A DNA stretch of 63,879 nucleotides, counting the filler, from Collodictyon triciliatum (taxonomy: Eukaryota): the NCBI GenBank assembly GCA_043381765.1. It is 6 parts of 6 records of this genome, joined end to end, with 100 filler letters (N's around TTAATTAATTAA, not from the genome) between each part and the next. Parts side by side here need not be neighbours in the genome. Positions count along the whole stretch, not along the records: positions 48,809 to 60,873 come from JBHJMP010002248.1; positions 60,974 to 63,879 come from JBHJMP010002377.1; 4 more parts are not named here. The stretch is one strand, 5' to 3'. The notes beneath the pieces are model-generated. The model was not told where the DNA came from, searched no databases, and saw only the letters and a list, made by a program, of their open reading frames with translations. The translations under genes and the position numbers were made by a program. Positions 49,612-63,591 of this stretch are shown piece by piece. How positions within the stretch are numbered: the first letter of the stretch is position 1; every line of letters begins with the position of its first letter.

Positions 49612-52600
49612 ATGACCTCACCTCAGAGACGCGGCAGCATCGATAGACCCAGCAGGCTGCGTTCGGTTGGTTGCTGTGTCTTTATGCTATGAATAGAAAT
49701 AAAAGACAAAAAAGTCCTACCTCCGTTAAACTTTGCCTCTTTACGACACAGACATCTATCGGGTCCCTACAAGCTTTCTCTGAGAGCATTTCTGGCCGGG
49801 TAATATTGTGTTCATGTTAGAGCAAAATATTTTTTTCAATCAGCTCCTACTTTTCTTTTTCTTTTTCTTTTTCTTTTTCCATTTCCATTTTCATTTTCAT
49901 TTTCATTTTCATTTTCATTTTCTAATTTCTTCGTTTTGTTTCGTAATTATCTTCACGCAGATCATTTTACAAAAAAAAAAAAATACACCAAGGTTTATAT
50001 TTTTCCATAAGTGATGAATATTTACAAATAAACCCTCCACCTTGCACAGAGCCCAAAGCAGGAATCATTCTCTGAGGTGCTTACCCTTCAGCATATAAAG
50101 AAGCTCATCGGAGTACGTACCTTAATCTACCTTCTTCAATACAAATAAGCAAGCATATGCCTTTCCTTGTATTCAAACATCCAAAGGAGAGCTTAATTTA
50201 CTTGAAAAAACGTTAAGACTTGTATTCCACTGTTTTAATATTTGGTTGAGTATATTCTGTAAATGAGGTTAATCAACTTTATCGTACTGAAAATCATTCA
50301 ACAAAATTAGAAAATGCAATCGAATCTCGGCAAGTCTATGACGGTCATAGAGCGATTTGTGTCAGGAGGAATGACTCCCACACAATTTGTGGAATCGCTC
50401 GAGGACAGAAAACAAAATGCACTCCGGACATTCTTCTCGGAATGGATATATCTATTGGGATTTACCAATGAAGATGAATCGAGGGAGAGGAAACTTCCCA
50501 GTATCAGAGATAAAGGAAATCAAGAGCAAACAAGCCGCTCGCATTCGAGGAGGAGTCCATCTCCTGCTCATTTAAAGGCCCGGCCCACTGAGGAGGACTT
50601 CAATTCATCATCTGATGGTATTTTGAGCGTCTGCAACCACTTTTTTTTTCCCTCTCAGTCAGCTAATATTCCTTTCCTTGTCTTTTTTTCCACTATAGAA
50701 TTTTCTCGCAAAAATTTTCTTTGGCTATTATATTTTGAAAAAAAATGATGCTATACACCAAGAATAGAGTCTATACCATCCATATGTTCTTTTCTCTCTT
50801 TTCTATTTCCTTTCCTTTCCTTTCCTTTCCTTTCCTTTCCTTTCCTTTCCTTTCCTTTCCTTTCCTTTCCTTTCCTTTCCTTTCTCTAAAATCACACTTT
50901 TCCCAGGGGAGAGTTCGCCAACCACCAAACCTAAATACCTGAGGAAATACCGGTACCCGTATTACATTGATGGTAAGCAATCTTCTCCCCGTGTGCGCAG
51001 CAGGTTTGTCAGGGGTGGACAGCCAACTGAGCAATCACGTGCAAAAAAGCCTTCATCAAAATTTGAGCACAGAACAAGGTCATCTCCTGGTCATCCAAAG
51101 CAGACAGGACGGCATCATTTTGGAACAGAGAGACCTGGATTTACTCCGTCCACCAGAGTCCTTCTCACATCATTCAAAACAAACACTTCTGAGGCTGCGG
51201 CTGCACTTGCGCCCTATGTCTCAAATTATATACGTAGAAAGTCACTACCCGCTGATTTATCCTCTATTGACATCTCAGAGCTCACAAACTCTTCTGATAA
51301 GATATTTCGTTCTCCAAACTCTATGTCGTCAAGCAGGCAGCAAGATGGTATACTAAATCAATACGACCTGTTTTTATTTTCATTTTCATGATTACTCACT
51401 TTTGTTTATCTACGACCTATTTTGCCAACCATACTTTCTAACCGAAATATAACAGTTTCAGTGAATGTTTTTCTCATCAAAATGTTTCCTTTTGTCCCTT
51501 CCATTTCTTCTTTGTCAGTAAAATCTCCATGAACCATCCGAGCAAAGATATCAATCATTTTACCTCCGCATACCCTTCTCATCGCATTCACATAAATAGA
51601 TGAGACGCAAAGTCCCCAGAGCTATGTTCTTAGAGCCGTGACATCTCTGGCATTTGCATCCGAAAATCGATTCCAATCTTCTCCCGAAGCTACGCAACGA
51701 CTCCTGGAAACATTAAACTCTGATAAAATATTAGACATAGAGCAAATGATGAGGATATGGGACTCACTACCCGGCCAGCAGCAAAAGCTATGGATTCAAT
51801 TGATTTTTAATCAATTTCGAACAGTTAGTGCAGCTGTAGCACAATTTTCATGGTTTGATGAAGAAACATCTTACACACAATCCCTATCCCGTGTTGTCTC
51901 TTCTTTGAAGCAGATTTCAAAGAGCACCTATGTTACTCTTTACAAAGTGACTGAAAAAGCAGAGAATGTCCACCAGAAACTTTCTGTTATAGCAAGCTCT
52001 CGCGGCTTCGATCCGTCAAACAAAACACCCATAGGAATTGGAATAGCAGGGATATCTGCTGCGGAATCCAAAATCCTTTACGTAGAAAATGTGAGAGAAG
52101 ACTCCCGCTTTGTTACGATTGTCGATGGCGAAGCTCCGAGGGGCTCCTCGATCCTTAGTGTACCCGTTGGATATAATTCCAAACAGAAGTCAGTACACTG
52201 GGTGGTTCAATTCTGCGGTCCTCAGTTCTCACCAGAATCTATTGCATTATTGGAGGCGTTGTCATCTCACACAATAGTACTCCTTTCAAACCACAAATCC
52301 CGTATTCAGGAGGTACATTTGAGAAAGAAGTTTCAAGCCATGATTGAAGTTGCACATGTCCTGTCATCCGAACTTGAATTGGAACCACTCATCAAACTCA
52401 TGAGGCAAACCTCGAAGGAATTATTGGACGCAGACAAATGTACCCTTTTCTTGGTCATTCCAGAGAAGCGTGAGCTATGGACAAGGATCGAAGAAGGACC
52501 CGAAATATCCTTCCCCATGTCTTCGGGAATATCAGGCTATGTGGCTTGTACTGGAGATACGGTCAATATACCTGACGCCTATAAGGTTCATTTTCATCCT

Positions 52601-55600
52601 TACTTTTTCTTTCTTCTAAAACGGGCTGCATTAATGTATAATATACCACCACCAGACAATATATATATCCCTCCCGTGTAACTGTCCCTAATTATTTTTA
52701 TTTGAAAACACCAGGAAATTCTAATCCAAATTGCATAAAAACACACACAGGACCCTCGCTTCTGCCCTGACGTTGATACAGATACAGGATATCGAACTCG
52801 CAGTATTCTCTGCATGCCAGTGAAGGATGGAAAAGGAGAAATAATCGGGGCTATTCAAATGATAAATAAGGTTTTGTTCATCTATGAGTATCTTTATGTC
52901 TTGCAGTCATATTTTTATGAGACAGTTTCCGTTATTCCTTCCCCTGAGAATTCTGTTCATATTATTATTATGCAGGCATCGGGTCATTTTGGAGAGGAAG
53001 ATGAAGAGCTACTACACGCATTCTGTACCCACGCAGCTGTGGCCATTCGCAACTCAAGGATATACAAACAAAAATTAGAAGAAAGGTTCATTATTTATAT
53101 ATATATATCACAAATAACGCATGGGATAGTTCTTCAACAAGGTCATTAATGTAAAAAGGTATATTAATTTATTAATTTTTCGTATTATCCTGACTTGTTC
53201 AGAGAAAAGTTCCAGGCCTTGGCGCAGATAATGGATGTGATTTCATCAGAACTTGAGCTTGACCCGCTTATTCCCATTCTAAGACTAAAATCACGAGAGC
53301 TACTAGTATGATATTTTTTTTACGACAAATTTGTATTTCATTGGAGGAGTTAAACGTTAAGACTATCTTCAAATATCGCGGTATTCACCAAAACAGTAAT
53401 CTGTCTTGATCATTTAGGATGCTGACAAATGCACCTTGTTCATCGTCGATGAAGAAAATAAATCGATGAGAACAAGGTTGGCAGAAGGAATGGATGTATC
53501 ATTTCCAATGACACAAGGAATTGCAGGGTATGTAGCTACAACAGGAGAAACCTTGAATATTCCGGATGCATACGCAGACCCACGGTTCAACAGGGTATAT
53601 TGTGCTATTTTCTTTCTTTATACGGAATGATGCAACCATAAACTCTAAATTCTAAATTATCAATATCTCACTCTTGTCACAATTGAGTATTATATCTATT
53701 TATTCATTTCTTAAATTGTAAATTGTAACGGTAAATAAAATCAAAACAATTAGAAATTCGATATCGAAACGGGGTACTGCACTCGTAATATTCTGTGCAT
53801 GCCAGTCAGGAGCAGTGATGACGGTGCGATTGTGGGGTCGATTCAAATGATCAATAAGAGGAAAGGGTATGTCTTAATCTCACGCGGGTTATATGCCAAC
53901 TGAAAAAAAATACTAAATATATTTATCCCATATTTCATTATTAGGCAATTTGGAAAATCTGATGAGGAGCTACTTAAGGCATTTACGGCACATGCAGCCG
54001 TTGCCATCACAAACTCTCGCCTTTATTCAGAGGTCAGGAACACAAAGCAAACCCTTGAGAGTATTTTGAGTAGCATCAATAGCTACGTCATTACATTCAA
54101 CATGGACGGGATTCTTACGTCTTTCAATCGATCTTTCGGCCATATTTTTGGTGTCCCGGAATCGGAATTTAAGTAATAACGCCATTTATCAGTTTCCTTT
54201 TCTTTTTTATTTTTCAAAAAAAAAAGAAAAAAAAGAAGGGGGATTGGTAGATATCTTTTTCCAAATTATGCTGTTAACAATCTGAACAAACAAGCTCTAT
54301 TATTAATATACTGATAAATACTTTGAGATTGATATCACTATGTGAAATTATTGCAGAGCAAGGCCATTCTGGGCTCTATTCCCTGCTCCTTGCGATAGCA
54401 AGCTCATTGGGGACATGAGGCTTATTTACACTTCATCCAATCCGATTACCAGCACAGCTTTCGTTCTCCAGTCTCTAAATGGCACTACTTACACAGTGAA
54501 TTACACTGTGACACACCTGCTAAGCCATGACGTAAGTCAAAGGATTAAGCAAAATATACCCATTTTACTCGCCTGATATTATATTTTTCATATATATATT
54601 ATCATGTGCTATTAATGAGTTTTTTTTTCAAAAACAATCCTCAGTCAACAGACCAATCGATGTGGGGAAGCCAGAAGCGAACAGGGCTTCTTCTAGTGAT
54701 TGATGATATCAGTGACTTCAACATAATGAAGAAAACAATATCTGATATGGAAACAGAGATGGATAAGTTAAGAACACATGTATCCTCTGCATTCGAAGCG
54801 CCCATACAAGTAGGCAATGATTATCATGTTTAATTATTACGAATGGATGTCTTTCATATAGACCTACATACCATAAGACTCAATAGACACAGTAGCTATT
54901 AGTTCAATAGGCATATTGCTAATCGAGATTTATCATTCAAAATGAAGGGAGTTATAAGAACAATCCAAAAAATAAGCCAAGGAAATCTACCTCTCTCTCA
55001 AACCAGGTACCTATAATTCTTTTTTGAGGGGACTATGTAATCTCCATTTTGAAATTCATTTCTATATTTTTAATGCGGCTGATAATTGAAGTCTAGGAAA
55101 CCTCATCTATCTTGTCTCTTTCTCTATGCAGACAAGAACTTGTTCACTGCCTGACTCTTTTGTCAAAGACCGATCTCTTTCAACCCGACATTGAGAGTAT
55201 GTTGGTTGGTGTTGATGAAACTACTCGCTCGTTCATATTGCAGAGATTCGAACAACCCCTCCATGGAGATAGACAGACTATCCAAACGTATGTATTTAAT
55301 AATATTTTGAGTATAAACCATTTTACAAATGTACGATGTATTTTCCCTTCATTTCGTTAATTTATTAGAGTAGTTCATAACAGTATATATATATGCATTT
55401 TATTCTTATTCACGAGAAACATACTTTGCACCATTGATATTCACTATGTCTCCATCCGAGCTCCACTCATTACCAAATTTGAATGCAGATGGCCTGACCT
55501 GGATACAATAATTGATGGTGTAGACCCTGACTTATTGAATTGGGGCTATGATTGTGCAAACGCGAACGCAGATTCAATCCTTGCCATCATGTTTAACATT

Positions 55601-57036
55601 TTCAAGCATTTCAATCTCATATCATTGTTCCGAATTCCAGAGGAGAAGTTGCGCAATTTTTTGATGGCATGTCGAAACTGCTACCGAATGAATCCCTTCC
55701 ACAATTTCCATCATGCTTTTGCAGTTTTACAGGCTGTATATATCATTCTAGTAAGGACAAAAGTCTCTCAGTATCTCAGCAACATCGACATACTCTCTCT
55801 GGTTGTTGGGGCAATCGCCCACGATTTGGACCACCCAGGGGTGAACAATATGTTTGAGATCAACACGCGGTCGACTTTGGCGATGACGTACAACGACCTT
55901 TCAGTCCAAGAAAATCACCACTCGGCCACCGCGTTCTCACTGATATTTCAACAAGACAACAATATTCTTGAGAATCTTCAACCAGATGAATTTAAGGTTA
56001 GAAAGAGAGAAAAAAAAGTGTGCTGTTGTAGTTATTTAAAGAAATCTACTTTTGCCATGCAAGTGTAATGAATGGCTCTAGCAATTCCAATCAATATAAA
56101 TTATCATAGATCTAACTGAATTTTTACGTTCTCACAGACATATCGCAGTATAACATCATACTATCACTTCGTTTGTAGGAGTTTCGAAAGATTGTTGTTA
56201 CATCCATACTGGCCACTGATATGACCCAGCATTTCGAACTAACTGCTAAGTTCAAGAGTGCGTTTGCCACATCAAGCTTCTCTCGTGAAAGCAAAGAATC
56301 AAGGTAACAAATAGCACGTAATAAAATATCGAATAAAACCCTGTACTCAACTTTTTGATTGCCACCATGTGCCCCAAATGTGGGATGAAAAAAAAAAAGC
56401 GTTCTGTTTTTAACTGATTCATGCAATTTGCTATGATTATCAATCCCTTTAGACAGCTTTTAGTCTCTATTATTCTGCACGCTGCCGACTTGTCTAATCC
56501 TGTAAGACCTTCAGAAATATCATCGGGATGGTCTGAACGACTACGGCAGGAGTTTCTTAGTCAGGTAAGAAAAAGGACACATTAGAATGTAATTATTATA
56601 ACCTACGTAATATCATGACATTTCACCCCAAAGCCAAATTAATTTGCTTTTTGTCGGAAATAACAGACACAAAGGGAGAAAGAATGTGGCGTGCCAGTGA
56701 CCCCCTTCATGCTCATTGAAGAGGACCATGTCTTCGCCAAGAATGAAATGGGGTTCATCGATTTTGTTGTTCGTCCAATGTGGGAGGCTGTTGTGGAGTT
56801 CATTCCAGAGTTATCTGTAAGGAATACATATTATTGATAATCGCCACTAATTTATTTTACTGTATAAAAAAGTATGGGCCAGCTTGATGAAAGCTTCTGT
56901 ACATTTTTGTTTCCTTATGATTCCTATCAAATCACATACCCACACCAAACCTTACATAAAAAATTAGGAGTGTAAAGTTAACATGGATATGAACAAGCGT
57001 TACTGGCAGCACAAGGCTGGAATGCCCTCTTCCTAG
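49612..57036 (+). CDS. Soluble class I phosphodiesterase with three GAF domains and a PAS-like domain
   Basis: Ser-rich N-terminus, then a degenerate GAF (51880-52290) and two canonical GAFs (DADKCTLF..GIxGYVA..VNIPDAYxDPRF..DxxTGYxTRxILCMPV..QMINK..FxxxDE). A PAS-like region follows ([32 protein letters not shown]). Catalytic motifs [42 protein letters not shown] and GFIDFVV. TAG at 57034-36. Confidence 0.93.
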
Positions 57037-57121
57037 GCATCATCCTCTTTGAGAATAGCGTGGAATTCACCCACCCACAAATATTTTAATTATGGCAACA
57101 GAGTTAGCCCTATTATTTCTG

Positions 57122-57154
<33 letters not shown>

Positions 57155-57378
57155 TTAATGTGTGCGGTATTTGCAATGTCTCACATCCTCTTTTATTTGC
57201 ACTTTTCTTCGTTCTTAACGAAGCCAGCCAGCTTAGCTCCTCTTACCTCTGTGCCAATATCATTAATTAAATGAATGAAACAACACAAGAGTAAACAGAC
57301 AGAAACAATTTGATACACAAATAAGCTAGAATTATTAAAAAAAAATAAATAAAATTAATCATTGGCGCATCGTTATAA

Positions 57379-59103
57379 TCAAAATGAACTGCCATATTTC
57401 TGCATTTTACAATTTGATTGAGCCGAAGTCTGGTTAGAGTTTATGAGTTTCTTCGCCTTTTCCTCATTTACTGCAGATGGGAAGTTGTTCGACAGAGCAG
57501 CGAGTTTTGTCGGCCAGAAACTGGTGGTCTCGCCAAACCTTTCTGTCAAAGTCGGACGCCACAAGAGCCCGGAAGACTCTTTGCTTCTTGGCGGAACAAC
57601 AGCCTTCCTTTACACGATTATTCTATTTTTCTCAATGGCTTTTGTGTGTACTCGAAAGGGAACTGCTGCTGAGGAAATCAACTGTTATCAAGACTCATGG
57701 GCGTTGCCCGCCATCAAATGCGAAACGAAGGCAGATGGATGCAGATTTACGCATTCGAAAGTTGTTTTAACAGATGCAACGCAATAATTTTCGACCCATA
57801 TAGAAAACAAAACCGTCAGTATTTGCTTTTGTGTGAAATCGTGCCCAATATTTCCCTCATTAAATTATGTTTTATAGGGTCTTGATAGTATCAAAACCGA
57901 TAATATGTGATGAAATCACAAAAGGGAGAAGGAAAAAGAAGCAAGGGGGTACATCTTTAGGGATTCTTGGTGTAAATCATCCTGGCTAGATGTTCAAATA
58001 AGATTGACTGTTTCTATAGTATCTCATGGCCACAAACGACGCTGCCTGGAACAAACTACAAATGAGTACAGGCCCGAAGCTTGAAAATAACTCTGGCTCG
58101 ACCTGTTGTCCCACGCAGAAAAAAACAATTATTTTTTTTTGATGAAATGGGTTATGATAAACATACTATCACGAATAAAACATAGATGTGTTTGGTTGTG
58201 GTTGAAACTATTCTATTTGGTCGCATTTGGTGGACGAAAGTACAATTACATTTCCTGTGTATATCAAATCATCCAGAAGGTCCTGTCGTTTGTAATAGCT
58301 ATGTTAATTTACTCAACTACACCAATAAATGCAGCAGATTTCATTGATGAGTTACCTCACACGATGGATGCGCGTACAGGATCCACACTAGCCATGCAAA
58401 CACTGATGCAATAGTGGAGACAACAACAAGGGACTCTCGGATAATAGGAGAGTTTGGGTAGTGAAGAGAGACAAAAAGCATAGCGAGAGAGGTCATCGTA
58501 AAGGCCACCGAAAGGATGGAGCCAATCAGAACTAGAATTCCAGCCTCAGCCACGTTTGTGATTTCAGGACAGTCTCCTGTGAAGGTGAAATCTTTGTTCG
58601 TGTTTTGAACGGGAGATGGATAAAGAGTGTTAGTATTTGTATTGCCGGTTACTGTTAATGTCTTTGCATAATCCTCAATCAAAGTCCCAAGTAAAAATTC
58701 GCGAATATGTGATATATCTAGTTCTATCGGTTTTATTTCTTTTTTGAATATTGCCCTGATTTTACTTTTGATTCCCTTTGTTTTGTTTTGTTATGCCACA
58801 TAAGCCAACGTAATCATGAAGTTATCTCAGCCTTTTTTTTTCAACAACAAAAAAAAAAAAAAAAGGGACCATGATGAGAAAGTGAATGATACTTACTTCC
58901 AACAACGATAGTGCAGTCATTCTGGAGTGATGAGTAGTCATAAAATATGGCATCGTCTTCGGGTGGCTCAACGCGTAGAGAAGTAAGGCCAAAGTGGATG
59001 TGGTAGCCGCTATCTTCGTACGTTCCATCAGCCTTTATCAGGTTGTAAGCAGGTCAATGAGCTCTTTTTTTCTCAGATCAAGCTGTCAGAGAAGATAAAT
59101 GGA

Positions 59104-59135
<32 letters not shown>

Positions 59136-59205
59136 AGGAAAGAAAAGAAAGAAAAGAAAGAAAAGAAAGAAAAGAAAGAAAAGAAAGAAGAGAAAGAAAA
59201 GAAAG

Positions 59206-59236
<31 letters not shown>

Positions 59237-60590
59237 GAGAAGAGAAGAGAAGAGAAGAGAAGAGGATAATAGAAAGAGAAGAGATTAAATCATGAGAAAG
59301 AGATGAGAGTAAAAGGAGACGTGAGGGCACTTGAAACGTTGATAAATTTTTTCTCAAAAGGCGTGTACTAAATTCCCATCTGTTTGACACACGTCAAGTT
59401 TTTTGGCATAATAAAATTTCCAAAAAAAGAAATCGCTCCTTCTTATAACGACAGTGGGAAAAGCTTCCCTCTTGACATTTGACAAGGCACAAGCACTCGC
59501 TTGCCCTATCGCCCCAGAGACGCTCAAACACATTCAAGACATCCACAAAAACCAGAGACGCTCAAACACATTCAAGACATCCACAAAAACTGGACAAAAA
59601 NNNNNNNNNNNNNNNNNNNNNNNNNNNNNNNNNNNNNNNNNNNNNNNNNNNNNNNNNNNNNNNNNNNNNNNNNNNNNNNNNNNNNNNNNNNNNNNNNNNN
59701 NNNNNNNNNNNNNNNNNNNNNNNNNNNNNNNNNNNNNNNNNNNNNNNNNNNNNNNNNNNNNNNNNNNNNNNNNNNNNNNNNNNNNNNNNNNNNNNNNNNN
59801 NNNNNNNNNNNNNNNNNNNNNNNNNNNNNNNNNNNNNNNNNNNNNNNNNNNNNNNNNNNNNNNNNNNNNNNNNNNNNNNNNNNNNNNNNNNNNNNNNNNN
59901 NNNNNNNNNNNNNNNNNNNNNNNNNNNNNNNNNNNNNNNNNNNNNNNNNNNNNNNNNNNNNNNNNNNNNNNNNNNNNNNNNNNNNNNNNNNNNNNNNNNN
60001 NNNNNNNNNNNNNNNNNNNNNNNNNNNNNNNNNNNNNNNNNNNNNNNNNNNNNNNNNTGTTTGTCTTTGTGTGCGGCAATCTTGCTTTACTTTTCCTCAT
60101 GGCTCACTATTTTCTCATCCTTTGGCCCGACTTGATGAAACCTGGTGTCCTCATATTGGTATACTTCGTTTAGCGTGGTACACAACTTCGTCATTTTTTG
60201 GAGGAATCCTCTTCTGCTGGGGGCTTCACAAAGTCGTCCATGAAATAGAAGCATTTAGCGTATGTGTCAATCTCGATTCTTATCAGCATACACTTTTATT
60301 CAAAGATTCATTTTGTCGTATTATCATGCTTTCATAAATGACTGTATTTTAAATGATATTTTATTCGCTCTTTTCTTTATGATAATGAAAGGGAGGGGAA
60401 AACGAAAAGTATCTGGCTATTCCAATATAACCCCGATGACTAATATGAATGGCCTCTTACCCATTCATTTCTTTCATGAAAAATTTTTTGGTGAACTTTT
60501 CAAGAAAGCTGTAAACATATTTTCCTACAGAACCGAGGTGATAGAGGCTCACCAAGACATAGTCGAGTCGACTCTACAGCGACATCAGGA
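57379..60590 (-). CDS. Multi-exon membrane protein, unknown (5' end missing)
   Basis: Exons at ~60095-60205, 58897-59033 and 58355-58680. The last has two TM helices after a Cys-containing ectodomain-like segment. A possible terminal exon lies at 57379-57610. The splicing could not be fully reconciled. Confidence 0.4.
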
Positions 60591-60988
60591 CACGTTTCTG
60601 TGATGGACTTTGGGGATGGTACCACATCAGATATAGAAAACGAGCACGAAATGCAGAACTTGGAAAGCCAGGATGAAGTAATTTATTATTAGTGTTATTA
60701 GTATTATTATAAGTATTAGTATTAGTATTATTATAAGTATTAGTATTAGTATTATTATAAGTATTAGTATTAGTATTAGTATTAGTATTAGTATTAGTAT
60801 TAGTATTAGTATTAGTATTAGTATTAGTATTAGTATTAGTATTAGTATTAGTATTAGTATTAGTATTAGTATTNNNNNNNNNNNNNNNNNNNNNNNNNNN
60901 NNNNNNNNNNNNNNNNNTTAATTAATTAANNNNNNNNNNNNNNNNNNNNNNNNNNNNNNNNNNNNNNNNNNNNAAAAAGAGATGGGTA

Positions 60989-61059
<71 letters not shown>

Positions 61060-61089
61060 GTATATGATTTTTCAAATGTAATTTTTATA

Positions 61090-61728
61090 CCGCCCATTTT
61101 TTAGAGAATCGAACAGTATATTGGGCACTTTTTCATTACTCGGGCAGTTCATCCGTGATGTCCTTGTTTGAATCACATCCTACAATAAATTAGGGGTTTA
61201 TTATTAATTTACTATTAAGACAATCCATCATTTTTTGGTAGGAAGTATTTCGAAGTTAGTCATGATTTTCTTTCTAATAAAACTAAATATTATTGACCTT
61301 GGGGATGATAGCTAGCTCTAGGGTCATAGTCAGACAAGCAGACCTTCTAGCTCCCCCTATAAGGTCTTTACCAAAGAGTGAATTTATGAATGAATATGTC
61401 TCTGTTGATTACACCATAATATCCTTTCATAGATAAAAGAATCAGGCCTTGGTCTGATTTTGAATGATACGTACTGATGTAATGGAATGAAATCTCGTAG
61501 TGATCATCTCCAGCAGAAGAGGCAGGTAAATCGACAGCGATTACTTCTTCGGAGTCGATGCCAAGCGAAGAGTGCTGATTTTGTTTTCATTTAAAAACTT
61601 GATTTGCGTGATAAAGTATAAAATAATATACAATCTAAATGAAATATCGAACTAAGCAAAGAGCGCGTGTATTCAAAAAAATATGTGGCGCACTAATGGA
61701 CAAAATCATAGATACACTCAATACAAAA

Positions 61729-61795
<67 letters not shown>

Positions 61796-62348
61796 GACTA
61801 TTACCGCCAAGATTTTTTCTCCGTGGCGAAGATAAACGTCCACGTCCATCTTGTGGGGTGCAACATATAAGCGAAAGAGCGCTTCTTTCTTCGCTCGGAA
61901 GGAAATCAAGTTTCTATAATCACCAAAGTACCGAGCACATCATGTTTGTGAATTTCCCTCCAAAAAATGAATAAAAGGGTTGACTTCTGTTTATGTAATC
62001 GCGAGAAAAGATATTACCCAACAGTCACGCTTTCCACTAAATATTCCTCGTGTAAGTGAAGCTCTCCGGATCCATCCTGCTCTAGAAACCCGGCAATATT
62101 CAAGGACCTGATTGAGTGAAAGGCAAATATAAGACCAAGAATACGATACTGGCGAGTATAGAACGAATGCATACTTATTCCATGTGAGTTGAATCTAGTC
62201 ATTTTCTGTTTGAATACCTCGGGAGTCTGGGCTGGTGGCAGAGGAAAACACTGGAGTTGGACGGCGTGTCGAAGGCAAATGCTGTTTGGAAGAGCTGAGC
62301 CATGACGATGAGCCCGAGAACAAAAGGAAGCACGAGGGTTCTCTGCAT
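61090..62348 (-). CDS. N-terminal part of a secreted/surface protein (3' part lost at spacer)
   Basis: Signal peptide MQRTLVLPFVLGLIVMAQLFQTAFA. Following exons read ..FLEQDGSGELHLHEEYLV.., ISFRAKKEALFRLYVAPHKMDVDVYL and HSSLGIDSEEVIAVDL. Confidence 0.6.
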
Positions 62349-62584
62349 TCCAAATATTGCGAGACGGAAGAAGAAAAAAAGAACAGAGTTTCGACTGGCC
62401 AAACGGCGGATCTGCGACGAAGAGACGCCGAAGGTAAACTTCTTTTCTCTTTTTTTTTCTCTTGAAAAGCTAGGCGCAAAAAATAAAAAAAAATCAGCAA
62501 AGGGTTTGATGACTCAAAAAGACACCGACAAATAGATCTCCGCGGTTTCGTTACTTGAAATCGAAGAAAAGAAAACAAGAGCGT

Positions 62585-62659
<75 letters not shown>

Positions 62660-62669
62660 NNNNNNNNNN

Positions 62670-62769
<100 letters not shown>

Positions 62770-63535
62770 AAAAGAGGGCCAAAAGAAACTTATGAAAGTA
62801 GCACACGTGTATATCATTTTTCTAACTCTCCTGAGCCAGCATTTCGCATGCCATCATGCATACATCCTTTATATTATTGTGACTTAATTTTTCATAGGAT
62901 TGGGTTTCCGTGGCCCATAGTTCCTGGTTTAACGGGAAGGGCGGGAGTTTGACTCTAGTTTGCGAGAGTTGAGTCCCATCTTGCCTGAAAGCCATGCCTT
63001 TGGCCCAAGCAAAGCAGGCCACGTGGCCGATGAAAACCCCACCATTGCGGCCACGTATGGCGTATTGCGTATTGTTTGTCTGTATGTATATTAACAATAA
63101 AGCGACGTGTTCTCCTTGCTGCTCGTCTCTTTGCGCCAACAAGTTACTTGGTATATTTCCCGGAAGTGACGCGCGGGGCACACGAACCCGGCCCAAAGTC
63201 ACAATGCCTTCAAGTTTGGCGGCGCGAGTACGGGCAGATTGGATGTTTAAGGACGCGGCGCGATCGGAGGAGTCTTGTGAAAGTGGCCATTTTCCAACAA
63301 TGGAAAGAATGGGAAACATTGGATCAAATATATCCTTTTTAACTGAATTTTATAATAAAAAGTATGTTTAAGGTATCATGAATCATTTACTGACGCGGGG
63401 CTTCGCTTTGTGTGCTGTCTTGTCTGTTTTGATTTCGTGCGGAGCCCGCGCAGCAACCAAAGCCAAGGGAGATGCAGCCGAGCGCCCAGAGGAAAGCAGA
63501 GGGAAATCGTGAGACAGGCACCAAACGACAAAGCG

Positions 63536-63591
63536 ATGAGCCTCGCACAAACGTCTTATTCTGGGATTAAACTCGGTCTCGATCGCATCAG
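63536..63591 (+). CDS. First exon of a probable folylpolyglutamate/dihydrofolate synthase (FolC-like); the rest is outside the window
   Basis: MSLAQTSYSGIKLGLDRI followed by a GT donor. IxLGLxRI is the N-terminal FolC motif. Only 18 codons are visible. Confidence 0.4.

Noticed and set aside
59514-59590. Two 38-bp direct repeats next to a gap (CRISPR-like?)
   Set aside because: The copies are head-to-tail with no spacer, in a eukaryotic intron. This is a minisatellite or a contig-end artefact.
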